A stretch of DNA of 64,000 nt, from positions 1,201,690 to 1,265,689 of the forward strand of contig CM082595.2 of assembly GCA_040954595.2 (NCBI GenBank), read 5' to 3'. The notes beneath the pieces are model-generated. The model was given only the letters and a program-made list of their open reading frames with translations, was not told the DNA's origin and did no database searches. Positions 52,001 through 63,143 of the stretch are shown piece by piece. This DNA is from Balanoglossus misakiensis (Eukaryota; Animalia; Hemichordata). The position numbers and the translations under genes were made by a program. Every line of letters begins with the position of its first letter. The first letter of the stretch is position 1.

Positions 52001-55000
52001 AGATTCCAGACTCAGTCATGATACAAGGTGGTGTGCTCACAATACGCAGCGTGGAATCCAAGGATGCTGGTACCTACCAATGCATGGCTACAAATGCTGC
52101 TGGTTCTGTGCAGTCACAAGTGGTTCTCTATGTACAAGGTCTGTACTCCACGTTCATATTTGTCATTGTATCAGAATGAAGTTGTCATATATATGTACAT
52201 CATCTTTGTTAACAACTCTTATATTTTTGTGTATATTTTATTAGCTGCACCACAAATCACAGTGTCACCAGAGATCAGAACTTCAGCAGTTGGGGCCTCA
52301 GCCACATTCACATGTATAGCCAGTGGATCGCCAGCACCAGATGTCTATTGGTACAGACCCTCGGGCGATTTACCTTTGAACCATCAAGTCAATAATGGAA
52401 TCTTGACAATCCCACAAGTCGCTCGTCAAGATGCTGGATCCTATGTGTGTAGAGCCAGTAATAGGCAAGGAAGCAAGGAAATGTTGGCAACTCTCAATGT
52501 AGGAGGTGAGATGGTTACTTTGCAAAGGATTATTCGTGGATCTGCAATTGCACTCACCACCTTTTGGGCAGGATATGAAAATGCCTTCACCAACACACTG
52601 TACATTGATGTTTTCTGTTTGATAAGTCTCAAGTGCTGAATTCTTTTTTGCTTCATGAAATATAATGGAATTATTCTGACATTGCTTCTTTTTTATCACA
52701 GAAATGATACCATATTTTGTACAGAATCCTGTTTCATACATCAGCTATCCAGCACTCAGGGATGCGTATCTACAGTTTGAGTTGGAGATTTCATTCAAAC
52801 CAGAAACAACTGATGGTAAGTCATTATTCTAACATAAGACATCAGTTGTCTCATAGTTTGTGTACAGGTCTTTTCCATGATGTAGGCAACAGCACACACC
52901 TATTGCCCATTAAACAGCACAGGTGTATATGTCTGACTACATGTATTTGCAAAGCTGGGTATGACTGTTGCAGCTGTGAAATCTGTATTTTGATCCCACA
53001 GGTTTAATTCTGTACAATGGACAGACCATTGGATTGATGGTGGAGCAGTCAGCTGGAGATTTCCTCTCATTCGGAATGTCCAGTGGCTATGCTGAATTCC
53101 GCTTTGATATGGGATCCGGAGCGGCCATCATCCGCAGTGCCTCACCTCTGGAATTAAACCAATGGCACACAGTGATATTACGGAGAAACCGTCGACAGGG
53201 AACTCTGATTGTGGATGGACAGACACCAGTTAATGGCACTTCCTTGGGTGGATTCCAAGGATTGGATCTCACAGACAGACTTTTCCTTGGTGGAATTCCT
53301 GATGACGCTATCACATCCAGGGCATCAGGATTCAACACCGGATTCATTGGTAACATTCCCATTTCATCGTTGCATACCTTCGAAAGATATATTGTGATAA
53401 TGACTGTTTCAGTGTGTTACCTCTGAGTCAGACAACTGAGGGACTCTGTGTGTGGAGAAACTGATTCTTCACCCATATTTGCCTGTGTTTTATTATAAGA
53501 ATGTGCTTATGGTTTACTCAGTACTTTACATCTGTCTGTCTACTGTAACCAACTCTGTTAACTTTGTATTGTACAGGATGTGTGAGTCGTTTTGAGGTAG
53601 ATGGTGTAAGCCTTGATCTGGGCAGCACTGCAAAGTCTGTGGTTGGTGTCTTGGATTGTCCTGTCTGCCAGGGAAATCCTTGTCAGAATGGAGGCATCTG
53701 TCGAGAAGCCAGTACACAGTATGGATATCGCTGTGTGTGTCCAAGTGGATTTACTGGCCGAACATGTGAAGATGTTGGCGAGAGGTGCTACCCAGGTATG
53801 TGATGTAAACCCTTTCACCACTATGGTTCAGTCCAAACCCATTGTTTTCTATGATAAGGTTGGACCTCTAAAGACGAAACTAGGGGTGAAATGGTTAAGA
53901 CACACTGATATTATACCAGAGCTGTAACAGTTGAAGCAATTAATTGTTTTGTGTTCATTCTGCAGGTGTTTGCGGTGACGGAGAATGTGAAAATATTGGA
54001 TCAAGTGGTTTCCGTTGCATATGCCCACTGGGAAAGACTGGTGACCGATGTGAAATTGGTATGTAACCAAACTGTATTCCATGCTATCCCAAGCATCTGA
54101 AATAGTATTCATGGATTTTTTTTTCTCTTCACCTCTGTTTGATATTTACTTTGTCTGAACTTGGAAAATAAGAGTACGGTTTCTTTTTTTGTATATCTTA
54201 CCTCGATGGTAATTTAAGCCAAGTGGATTTTTTTTGTTTTTACATGTGGGAGTGTTACATGTCATGCTGAATTTCAGAAAGTTTTTCACTTGTCTATGTT
54301 ATGAATGGTTCTAAAGGAAATATGTCTACGATCTAGTGTTCTGTATTTATGAAAATATTAATAACTTTAAATGGAGAGAAGAATTCTGGACTCTCCAGAA
54401 TGGTCTGATTACCTCAAATATCCACAGCAAAAACCTAAGCATCGTTAACTTCTTGGTCAGGCCTAATGTCATAAAAGGACCATTTATCTGCTACTCCAGT
54501 TGTAAAATCTTTTTTTCTGCCAAAAAGCTCAGTTTAATTGACATGGTGCTATTTTCATACACAAAAGGATATACATTTTCAAACTCTCAACACAAAAGTG
54601 TACAAGACTTCAAAGCATGAGTAGTATAGTAAAATTATGACAATTTCAATGACAGCAACTTTAAAATTCTAGTTACCGGTAATTACTCAAACATCATGGA
54701 AAATATAATTTAATGTTTTAAATGAAATATCTATTATGAGTAAAGGATTCATCTGAAATATTTGTGTCAGTATATTGTTCTAGATCTCAAATAAAACAAA
54801 TTACAAACTGCAGCTGTGTCATAAACATTTTCAGATGAAAAATCTTGGAGACTGTCAAACTCTATGATTGCACCTTTTTAATACAAGTTTATTTAAATTT
54901 ATTCAGCTTATAATGTACCAACCTTCCATGTCTTCAAAGTTGTAAATTACAATCTGAAATAATTTACAATCATATCACAGATTTTTTCAACAATTTTAAC

Positions 55001-58000
55001 AAACTTTATACCTCACTTTTCAGTCTTTGAAACATTTTGCCAAGTCAACTTTGTCTGCCATATCAGCAATTAAGATGAGGTCATTTATCTTTCAATGATC
55101 GTATAAACTCTTGAAACTTTTTTTTTCAAAGCTGAAGAATATCAAATATTATAGTGGTAATAGTTGAACTTGTGGTGCTCCATGCAGATGGCATTTCTGA
55201 GAATTTAAATGTTTTGTAGAAACTTTTCAGTCCACTGTGAATGCATCCTGTCTACAGCTGATGCAGAAGTAATTAACTAGACTTTTTGATACATTGGTGA
55301 CTAATATATATATTTCAATCATGTCTTCAAGCCAAATGATTTGTTGAATCTTGGCAGTTTTTATCAATTTAAGTATAAGCTATACTCCACTTTGATCTAT
55401 TGTAATTATTCAAAATTTTGTATTTTAATTAAATTTGTTTTCTCATAGTGGTAGTACTGTATGTTCAGAGTGATCTGTTTGTAGTGTACTCCTTTCCTCC
55501 AATTGTGTGCAGCTCAGAGCATAAAGCTAACAAACCTCAGCAGGAAATTTCAAAATATGAACCTTCTGATTGCTATAGATTTACATGACATTTTCACTCA
55601 GCTGTACAGAGAAATTGCGGTAGATATGATCATCGATGTACATTTCTACTGCTTAAAGTTCTTAAAAGTCATCAATATAGAAAAGAACTGTCAGATTGCA
55701 CAAGACTAGGCAACTGTTTGATCATCTATCATGGTGTAGTCCTGCATTGTATAAGGCTGTCCATGCAATAAAGTCTCACTTCAGTAATGTTTGTATGGAA
55801 CATGGTGGTCTGCCCAGTTTGTGGGACTTTGTGGTGATTTGTAGTGGTGAGTGGGACATACCATGCCAGAGAGGGTGAGAACCATGGCTGTAGACCATGG
55901 TTGACCATGGTAAATGACCATGAAATACCATGGTCAATCATGGTCTCTTTTGCCTCATGGTCTCTTATGGAATGAGACTCATCAGAATGACACTATCGCC
56001 TTCACTGATGATGAGTGTCAAAGGAAATATCTGATATGATGAGAAGATACTCCAATGTAAGAGTGAATGAAGACCGACTCGGGATTACAGACAGCCACAA
56101 GAAGCTGGCAGGGCAGTATGTTGCATTTCATTCTGTGTCGTTCTCATTTGGAATTTTCCCGTTCCTTCCAAACTGTTTCGATTTCATAATCTCCATCACC
56201 ATCTATCCTGTAACCCTGGTAACCTGGTTAGTTTTTTCTCCTCAGTTCTCTAAACATCATCATGTTTTCTCATGAGCCATTTCCTATTCACAAATCACGA
56301 AGACAAGATTCACCTCACCCTGTTTTCCGAAAGGTAAGTTTCATATTTCATAGTTTGCATTTCATTCCCGATCCCCGACACCATGTAACAATAACCCTGT
56401 ACGTCCATCACTCAACATCACTCAGGTTTATTTTGCAGTGTTAAAAGCTGGCTGGCGTTTTACTGCTGCGGAAGTGTGTCACATGCTGCCTATGCTAGCT
56501 GTTGCTGTTAATGTTTTTATTTCCCTGCTGGCTTTCTCTTCAGTGTCAACACCTGCAAGGCTTTGTGTTAAAAGTTTCGTAATATAAAAAAAAAACTGTG
56601 TGTAATACTGATAGCTGTGTTCCAGCATATTAAAAATACAGCGCAACCTTTTTCTATTTTAAGTGAAAAATGTGTATTTTAAATAAGCTGTGTTGTCATT
56701 CTTTTTATTCCTTCTCCGTACAATGGTCTCATTTACGTATATTTTGATTTCTGTAGCTTCTGAAATCAATTTCCTAACACAACAAGAAAGTTTCATGTAA
56801 GTTGTGTGAATGATGTTCCTTGGGGAAGAGTGAATTAGTCTTGTCTTGTAAGGGTGCAATTCAAGTTCTTTAAGATCTGTTCAAGACAAAAATGTTCTTG
56901 TCATGAAAAAGATGGATAAATGTGAAGCATTATTGACTTCAAGAGAATAGAGACAATTTGTTTTTTCAACAAGGTACTGAACTTGAAGCAACCTGTGCAA
57001 TCAAGATTATATTGGTCACATACAATTGGACGTTTTGATCACATGCACTTGTCATTATAATCACATGTACACATCATGGTGATCACATGTACTCTCTTGT
57101 TGATCACATGTACTTGTCATGGTGATCACAGGATGCCTGAATGTAGTCAGTAATAATCTTTGTTTTATGCAAGTTTTATGGTGTACACATGCATTGTCTT
57201 TTAGCTTCACATCTATAACAGCACTGGTCTTTTACTCTTGGTGATGGATTCTTATTCCAAAGACTTTCTTGCATTATGTTTATTGGTCAGCACTTAGACT
57301 ATGTATTTCATGTGAAGTTAGTTGGTAGCAAATGCACCTATTTGTAGAATTCAAAGTACTGAGATGTGTAATTCACTTTGGTGATTTTGGGCCAGGGTTT
57401 TGTATTTCTGTATCAAATTACTGGTAGTATTTATCTAGTCACATGTTCATCTTGCACTACTGTATTTGTTCAATTGCAGATCTCTGCTTGTGTAAGCAGC
57501 TTGCCACGAAATATAAAAAAAAAATCACAGTGTCTATAAAGCTGCGATATGCAAGATTCTGCTTAAGCACCAAATAACTGCCCCAACTTGCCATGCATCA
57601 TAAAAAGCTGATTTTAAAACAAGTAATATAGTTTGCATACCAGTATACATGTATAAAACAACAGTTCCCTAATCTGGGCTTTGAAAATATAAAACCAGCA
57701 GTGTGTTTTTGTGTGCTGTTTCATAACTTGCAATGCAAACTCCTAAAAGTCATGCCTGCAGATGTAAGCATTACAATAAGAAAAGATTCCAACAATTTTC
57801 ATGTTATGTCGTCAAGTCACGACATGTTGCAGACTGCCTTTGTGACTTAATACCAAGAATTTTAATAACAACAACTCTGCCATTTTTATCAAGTGTTTGG
57901 CTAGAGGTTTTAGCAGAAATTTCTCTAAAGTAAATTCCTACATTTTGACAATTACTGATTATATAGTTGGACACATCAATCATGCATATTTGTATTCGAG

Positions 58001-61000
58001 AATAATTTCTTTAGTTGATTTTCCACTTTATGATGAGCAAGCAATCAGAAAAAGCAACCAACTTCATTGTATAAGCATTGTTGTGGGAATAAATAATGAT
58101 ATATTTTTGATTTGATTTGGATTTTAGGTATGACAGTTCTGGAACCAGCCTTCAAAGGAAATTCCTACATGTCTTATGCGGGACTCCGATCAGCTGTCAA
58201 GAAAGTCAAACTAACCGTGACATTCAAACCATCAAGTTTGACAGACGGATTAATTTTGTTCAATGGTCAAAGTCTGCGTGGAAAAGGAGACTTCATCTCG
58301 TTGGCGATCAAAGATGGTGCCATAGAATACAGATACGACAGTGGAACAGGTTAGTAATTACATTTTTTTTTTACTAGAGTAGTACAGGACATAGTTGACA
58401 AGTCTCTGTCAAGTTCTGTCTGTAGTCCCTATCTGGGATGATGTATTGTCGTTTGTTTTTTTAACACAGGACCAGCAATAATCAGGGATACAGGAACTCT
58501 GACAGTTGACAAATGGTATACCGTTGTCCTTGAAAGAGACCAGCAAGATGGGTCTTTGAGTGTCAATGGAGGCTCTGAGGTCACAGGTCGTTCCCCTGGC
58601 AACAGCAGAGGCCTTAACCTAGAATTGGATTTGTATATTGGTGGACATAACAGTTTTGTAGATGTGCCTTCAAGAGTTGAAGTTCAAGGTGGTTTCGTTG
58701 GGTGTGTCAGTGAGGTGAGTGTTCATTGGCTACAGCCATGTCACATGCTTGATATGTAGACCAATCAGTGGGTTAGGAATACAAACATCCTTAGGTGTAG
58801 TAATACCCCGAGAAGTACATGCATCTGATTGCTCGATTTTGAATGCTATTTTAGATAAAGTGTGTGTTCATGTTTCATAGGGCTTGCAAACTTGATTTGC
58901 TAACACTTGGCTAAGGAATGAAATCAAATGATGCTTGTTGCAATTGCAGGTTGAGGTTGACAGTGTGTCGCTCGATTTGATTGGTTCATCTGTGGCCAGT
59001 GCGAATATAGAAGACTGTGGTGATGAGTTCCCCTGTGAGAGATATCCATGCAAGAATGGTGGAACATGTACTCATCTTGGAAAGAACAATTATGAATGTA
59101 TCTGTCTTACAGGAAAATTTGCTGGTAAGATAGTTAGTACTATCTTCATTATTTATGCAGAAAAGTAGTTGTGTGCAGATAGATGCCAAAAATGTTGTGG
59201 CGATCCTTTCTTTCTCATTTGTGCTTCAATTCTTTTATGAAGTTTATGAAATGATTAGTTCTGGTGAAGACAACTACGCAGCAAATTTGTTATGTTTGAT
59301 AACATTAAAAAATTCAAGTTCTATTCTGCACTGTTCTTTTCCATAATTATGAGTATTCATAATCTTGTCATCAGGTCGAAACTGTCAGATGCCAATCAAC
59401 CCTTGCTCAGAGAGAGATCCTTGCAAAAATGGTGGCACATGTCATCCAATGGGCGAAGAATATAAGTGCGACTGTGCACTGGGATTTGCTGGACCGGATT
59501 GTCAATACAGTGAGTTCATCTTCAATCTATTACTATACCACTCAGATAATGTACCTTCTTCATAATGAACACCACAAGCCGAGCTGTCTTACTCAGAAAC
59601 ACTTGTGCGTTATGTTACTTTCATAGAAATAAATGTATCTGTAAACCCTTTTGCTTCTAGCTGCTGTGTTTGACTATGGTGCTGGTTTCAATGCAGATGG
59701 TTATATTTCCTTTCCAAAAACAATTATACCAAGAGTGTAAGTAGAAAATTTCGGTCTCATTTTAACTCGTTCACCCCCAGTTCCCTCTTTAGAAGTCCAT
59801 CCTCAACAAAGAAACTTTATTTCTACATATTTTGTTGATAGAAATGGAAACACAGCAGAAACTATTAGCCTGACGTTCAGAACAACAGCAGAGAATGGTC
59901 TATTGCTTTGGCAAGGAGAGGTGAGTGATATGAATTGAAGTCTGAAATAAAACAGAAATATAGCTGTGAACAGCAATAAGCGGGTTTCGAGACACTTCTA
60001 GCCCTCCAATCCCCCTCCAATGCCCTCCAATCCCCCTCCAATGCCCTCCAATCCCCCTCCAATGCCCCCCAATGCCTTCCAATGCCCTCCAATCCCCCTC
60101 CAATGCCCTCCAATCCCCCTCCAATGCCCTCCAATCCCCCTCCAATGCCCCCCAATGCCTTCCAATGCCCTCCAATCCCCCTCCAATGCCCTCCAATGCC
60201 TTCCAATGCCCTCCAATCCCCCTCCAATGCCCCCCAATGCCTTCCAATGCCCTCCAATCCCCCTCCAATGCCCTCCCTCTGGTCTCGAAACCCTAATTAT
60301 TTACTCTGAAGAGTAATATTGCTTTACCAGGCCAGATGTCTTGTAATGATTCATTTTCCCAAACAAGGGAAATGTTATTACATGTATATGCATGTTGACA
60401 TGTATTGACTTCTAAAGATGTCTAAGTAATCAGATAAGTGTGTTAAACCATTTCATGTTTTATTTTTGTACAGAGGGAAGGTAACTCAGGACGAGGAAAA
60501 GATTTTGTTGCTCTTGGTGTGAGAGACCATCTGCTAGTATTCAGGTAAACAGTCTTAGATTATGCAGAGTTGATTTTCAGTTGCCATGATTTTAATATGC
60601 CACATCCATTCTGAGAATTGAAGACATCTCTCCTGCAAAAATTCACACAGACACACACGTACACACACGCAGCCACAAGCATTGGACACGAATAAGTACA
60701 ATACCACATTGTGTGACAACATTGCAGTGAGTCCAACAGATATCTCCATGGCACTTTGACACAAGTAAAACACTGTACTATTGACCATTTTGTGGATGAT
60801 AGATATAAGTATAATTTGAATGAAGTGATGGAAATATCAAAAGGTTTAATTAAGCATAGTCACAGAGAACGTATGTTGTTTCTATTTCAGTTACGAGCTA
60901 GGAAGTGGAGAAGCCAATATTTATTCCAGTAAAAGAGTAACAGATGGTGAATGGCACACTGTCACCCTACAAAGGTAGGTACCGTCTGTATATGACCTTA

Positions 61001-61625
61001 ATGGGACTATTATTTTCTTTGTGAACGGATCAAACGACTCTCTCTGTCATAAGTCACAGTAATACATGCAGATGAAGTTACCTAATAGCATTTTTTCATG
61101 AATATCTCAAGGTTTTTCTCTCAAATAAATCAGACATATGAAGCATTTTTCTGTCTGGGTTGCCTGACAGATCATATTTTGTTTGAGATGCTGTTTTATT
61201 CATCGTCTTTTTGATATTTTGTTTCAGAACTGATCAAGAGGGTTCAATGGTTCTGGATAATGAAGATGAAATCAGTGGTCGATCTGCTGGTACGCTTCTA
61301 AGACTGAATGTGAAGGGAGATTTATATATAGGTAAGTGAAGTTTCATCCGAAATGGCACAGTTGTCATAGTTTTTCATCTGGTATGCCCCAATTGCAACC
61401 AAGTGTTGTATGAATCTCTTTCGATGTAGTTCACTAAAATTTGTGCATCTTGCAGGTGGTGCTGCAGACACACAGACACTCACAGGAAATAAATATGACT
61501 CTGGAATGATGGGATGTATATTTGACCTCGTTATACAAGTGGGTCAACAGCCTGAGAAAAGAGTCAACTTGTTCACTGATGCAAAGAAAGGTGTGAATGC
61601 AATGACGTGTTCAAGTCAACCCTAG
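12993..61625 (+). CDS. HSPG2: Perlecan (basement membrane heparan sulfate proteoglycan core protein), complete multi-exon gene
   Basis: Signal peptide exon 12993-13091, then domain I (acidic SG sites plus SEA), LDLa cluster plus Ig (WRLNWGH), three laminin-B units with laminin EGFs, 12 Ig domains, and three LamG with interleaved EGF pairs; stop TAG at 61623-61625. This is the canonical five-domain perlecan order. Confidence 0.95.
14281..14472. mobile_element. Tc1/mariner-type MITE
   Basis: Perfect 22-bp TIRs CTGTAAAACGGGTTATTTTCGC / GCGAAAATAACCCGTTTTACAG with TA on both sides. Confidence 0.85.
15092..15176 (+). mobile_element. ~90-bp piggyBac-type MITE, copy with decayed TTAA
   Basis: CCCTTTCACCACAATGGTT...CCATTGTTTTCTATGGTAAG...GGGGTGAAAGGG. 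Confidence 0.7.
15338..15499 (+). repeat. Two adjacent pairs of direct repeats (~35-40 bp)
   Basis: GGAAAAGTCTGGTTA.GGGAGAACCAGTTATTT occurs twice, then GGAAGA.TTAAAAAAATAATAAAAATTGTTGGCATATGG twice. Confidence 0.7.
15645..15737 (+). mobile_element. ~90-bp piggyBac-type MITE, full copy
   Basis: TTAA-CCCTTTCACC...GGTGAAAAGGG-TTAA. Confidence 0.75.
23789..23844 (+). mobile_element. piggyBac-type MITE, partial copy
   Basis: CCTTTCACCACCATGGTTTGGTCCAAA...TTTTCTATGGTAAAGTTGGACC; right TIR missing. Confidence 0.6.
25102..25155 (+). mobile_element. piggyBac-type MITE, partial copy
   Basis: TTAACCCTTTCACCGCCGTTATTTGGTCTAAATCCATTG. Confidence 0.55.
27074..27255. mobile_element. Tc1/mariner (pogo-like) MITE
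   Basis: TIRs CAGTCAAACTTGTCT / AGACAGGTTTGACTG, TA on the right side, and internal TATA(G/A)..GGCCAC-type subrepeats. Confidence 0.7.
28526..28618 (-). mobile_element. ~90-bp piggyBac-type MITE, full copy in reverse orientation
   Basis: TTAA-CCCTTTCACC...GGTGAAAGGG-TTAA with perfect 10-bp TIRs; the interior is the reverse complement of the other copies. Confidence 0.8.
29102..30122 (+). CDS. HSPG2: Perlecan domain I: glycosaminoglycan attachment region and SEA module (exons 29102-29273, 29442-29551, 29708-29766, 29971-30122)
   Basis: [20 protein letters not shown] gives acidic Ser-Gly sites; the SEA-like stretch reads YTDSL....[19 protein letters not shown]...PGSVVVTFD...[17 protein letters not shown]. 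Confidence 0.85.
31990..35865 (+). CDS. HSPG2: Perlecan domain II: 8 LDLa repeats interrupted by FN3 and SUEL modules, then Ig1
   Basis: Exons 31990-32256 (2 LDLa), 33073-33366 (FN3), 33562-33909 (3 LDLa), 34017-34307 (SUEL), 34490-34636, 34828-34947, 35141-35272 (one LDLa each), and 35445-35590 plus 35724-35865 (Ig). LDLa repeats show the DC.D.(S/T)DE..C signature. Confidence 0.9.
33073..33366 (+). CDS. Fibronectin type III exon inside perlecan domain II, DCC/neogenin FN4-like
   Basis: 294-nt phase 1-1 open exon: SITVYWTRP...[11 protein letters not shown]...[25 protein letters not shown]. Long pyrimidine tract, AAG acceptor, GTAAGT donor. Confidence 0.8.
34017..34307 (+). CDS. SUEL/Gal_Lectin (rhamnose-binding lectin) exon inside perlecan domain II
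   Basis: CE...L.ITC...[10 protein letters not shown]....C...C...CDG...C......[18 protein letters not shown] contains both family motifs (ANYGR and DPCxGTxKYL); 291-nt phase 1-1 exon. Confidence 0.9.
35994..44383 (+). CDS. HSPG2: Perlecan domain III: three laminin-B (IV) globules with laminin-type EGF repeats
   Basis: Three CFC(F/M)G...(W/Y).LP..F.GN..T.YGG.L...VE.C.CP.GY.GLSC units, with LE exons such as [36 protein letters not shown]. Confidence 0.92.
36501..36593 (+). mobile_element. ~90-bp piggyBac-type MITE, diverged copy
   Basis: CCCTTTCACCACCATGGTTTAGTCCGAACCCATT...GGGGGTGGAAGGTTTAA. Confidence 0.65.
44555..52505 (+). CDS. HSPG2: Perlecan domain IV: 12 I-set Ig domains
   Basis: Repeated P.V.I.P......G....F.C.A.G.P.P.V.W...D.G.Y.C.A.N..G pattern across in-frame GT-AG exons; counted by eye. 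Confidence 0.9.
52702..61625 (+). CDS. HSPG2: Perlecan domain V (endorepellin-equivalent): LG1-EGF-EGF-LG2-EGF-EGF-LG3
   Basis: LamG motifs ([42 protein letters not shown]) and EGFs ([17 protein letters not shown]). Confidence 0.92.
53806..53898 (+). mobile_element. ~90-bp piggyBac-type MITE
   Basis: CCCTTTCACCACTATGGTTCAGTCCAAACCCATTGTTTTCTATG...GGGGTGAAATGGTTAA. Confidence 0.7.
55881..55970. repeat. CCATGG/ACCATG short-period cluster
   Basis: ACCATGGCTGTAGACCATGGTTGACCATGGTAAATGACCATGAAATACCATGGTCAATCATGGTC. Confidence 0.6.
57037..57130 (+). repeat. Degenerate ~22-bp minisatellite with core GATCACATGTAC
   Basis: About five ATCACA-containing units seen directly. Confidence 0.65.
59982..60293. 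repeat. C-rich 10/11-bp tandem array (CCCTCCAATG / CCCTCCAATCC) bounded by 12-bp inverted repeats, intronic
   Basis: Array at about 60001-60276; GGGTTTCGAGAC (59982-59993) and GTCTCGAAACCC (60282-60293) are exact reverse complements. Confidence 0.9.
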
Positions 61626-62712
61626 GTAGGACAAAAATCATTTGACAGAGTGGGCCGTAACGGCCAGAATGACATTCAGATTTCAAAGTTCAGCTGCCAT
61701 TAGTTTTCAGAACACACAGGGCATTTTATGGCACTTATTTTCCAACTGAACAGAAACGTTTGCAACTTACTGCCAGCAGTTAGTGCTTAAGCAACAGAAT
61801 TAAAACAGAACCAATTGCAAAATGTACTAGCAATTTCCGAAGATATGGTTTGTCGTACACACAAAAAATCAAAATAAATAGAAGTATGAAGTAGGTAGAC
61901 AATTTAGAACTTCATACTTTTTATGCTTTCCATTTTTTTAACCAGCAGCTGATCCTGGTTTTTAAGTGTAATTAATATGGCTATTAATTTTAATTATCTA
62001 AGTTTTTTTTAATAGATTGATCTGATTGTAGAACATTTCAAATGATTAGTAAAGCAGGATAAAATAATGAACTTGACGACATGTTGTTTTTGCCCTATGC
62101 CATATCAAGCAGGTAAGATATTCATCTGACAAACGCCTTATTTATATAAAAACCATTATATCTATGCAACTTTTATATGAAAAAATGTTGACATATTTAT
62201 TAACATGCATCTTTTACTGTAGTAAGCTATTTTAGATATTGGTCGGTTTCAAATAGGAATTAAGTCAAACTGTCATGATGTTGATGTAGACCCATGTTGC
62301 TATGGTGACTTGAAATGTGTAATTTGTGAATTTTTAATCCATTTTAGGTCATATTTCAGTTTAGTCAAAATTACCCCTGTGTATTTTGTTATATTATTTT
62401 ATTTTCTGTCATGAATTTCGTTATTTATGTCATTTGACACACAAGAGTTCAAGTCATGACCTTTTATTATTAACTGTTTGATGTGACATGGAGTGTGATG
62501 CTGAATTTACAGTGAATGAAACAATCTTTATAAACATAATTCAGGCTGTACATTAAGAACACAGTACTAAATTAACATTGACTTTATCATACAGACTACA
62601 AACACACATTTCATATTTTACCTGTGAAACATTCCCCTGATGTCATGTATGTAAATCAAAGAACATCACTTTTCCCTAAACAAACTTTCAGTATGATTTT
62701 ATTGTGATAAGA

Positions 62713-62756
62713 AATAAAATGGTCATGAAAGTGTGTTTTCTTGCCAGTGGTTTATT
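62713..62756. terminator. Back-to-back candidate polyadenylation signals of perlecan (+) and the copine-like gene (-)
   Basis: AATAAA at 62713-62718 followed by a GT-rich stretch, and TTTATT at 62751-62756. Confidence 0.4.
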
Positions 62757-63143
62757 AATTAATGATACAAACAGACTGAAGGTAAGTCTGAAAATTTATT
62801 CATACCCAATATTCAACTAAACCAGTTGCTCAGTCTCTTAATTTCTACAAGTGAAATCTTTTCTGTATTTAACACCGATTTTTTGTCACTCATGTTCAAA
62901 TAGTGGTAAATTTGAATTGGTGATATTGCCCTCAAATATTATTACTGACCTGTATTTTTTCATAAACAGTGTATTCAAAATATAGTCATGAAAAATGATA
63001 TGCAGTTCTACATGCCATTACATGTTAAATTGTTTCCAGCAAAATTAAGATGATGCTGGTCATAATGTCGACAATATTAAACACCTTCCAAAAATATTCT
63101 CTGTAAATGATGAGTTCTTGCTTTTGCACACTTGACCACTGTT

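Noticed and set aside
54300-55700. Possible decayed transposon ORF in an AT-rich stretch
   Set aside because: The part I translated has frequent stops and I recognised no catalytic motif or termini.
56005-56030. CTGATGA...GAAA hammerhead-like or C/D-box-like words
   Set aside because: No stem II pairing and no terminal stem.
59877-60316. Several overlapping repetitive ORFs (GGLEGIG / PSNPPPM)
   Set aside because: They are translations of an intronic tandem repeat between in-frame LG3 exons. The array is not CRISPR-like because it has no unique spacers.
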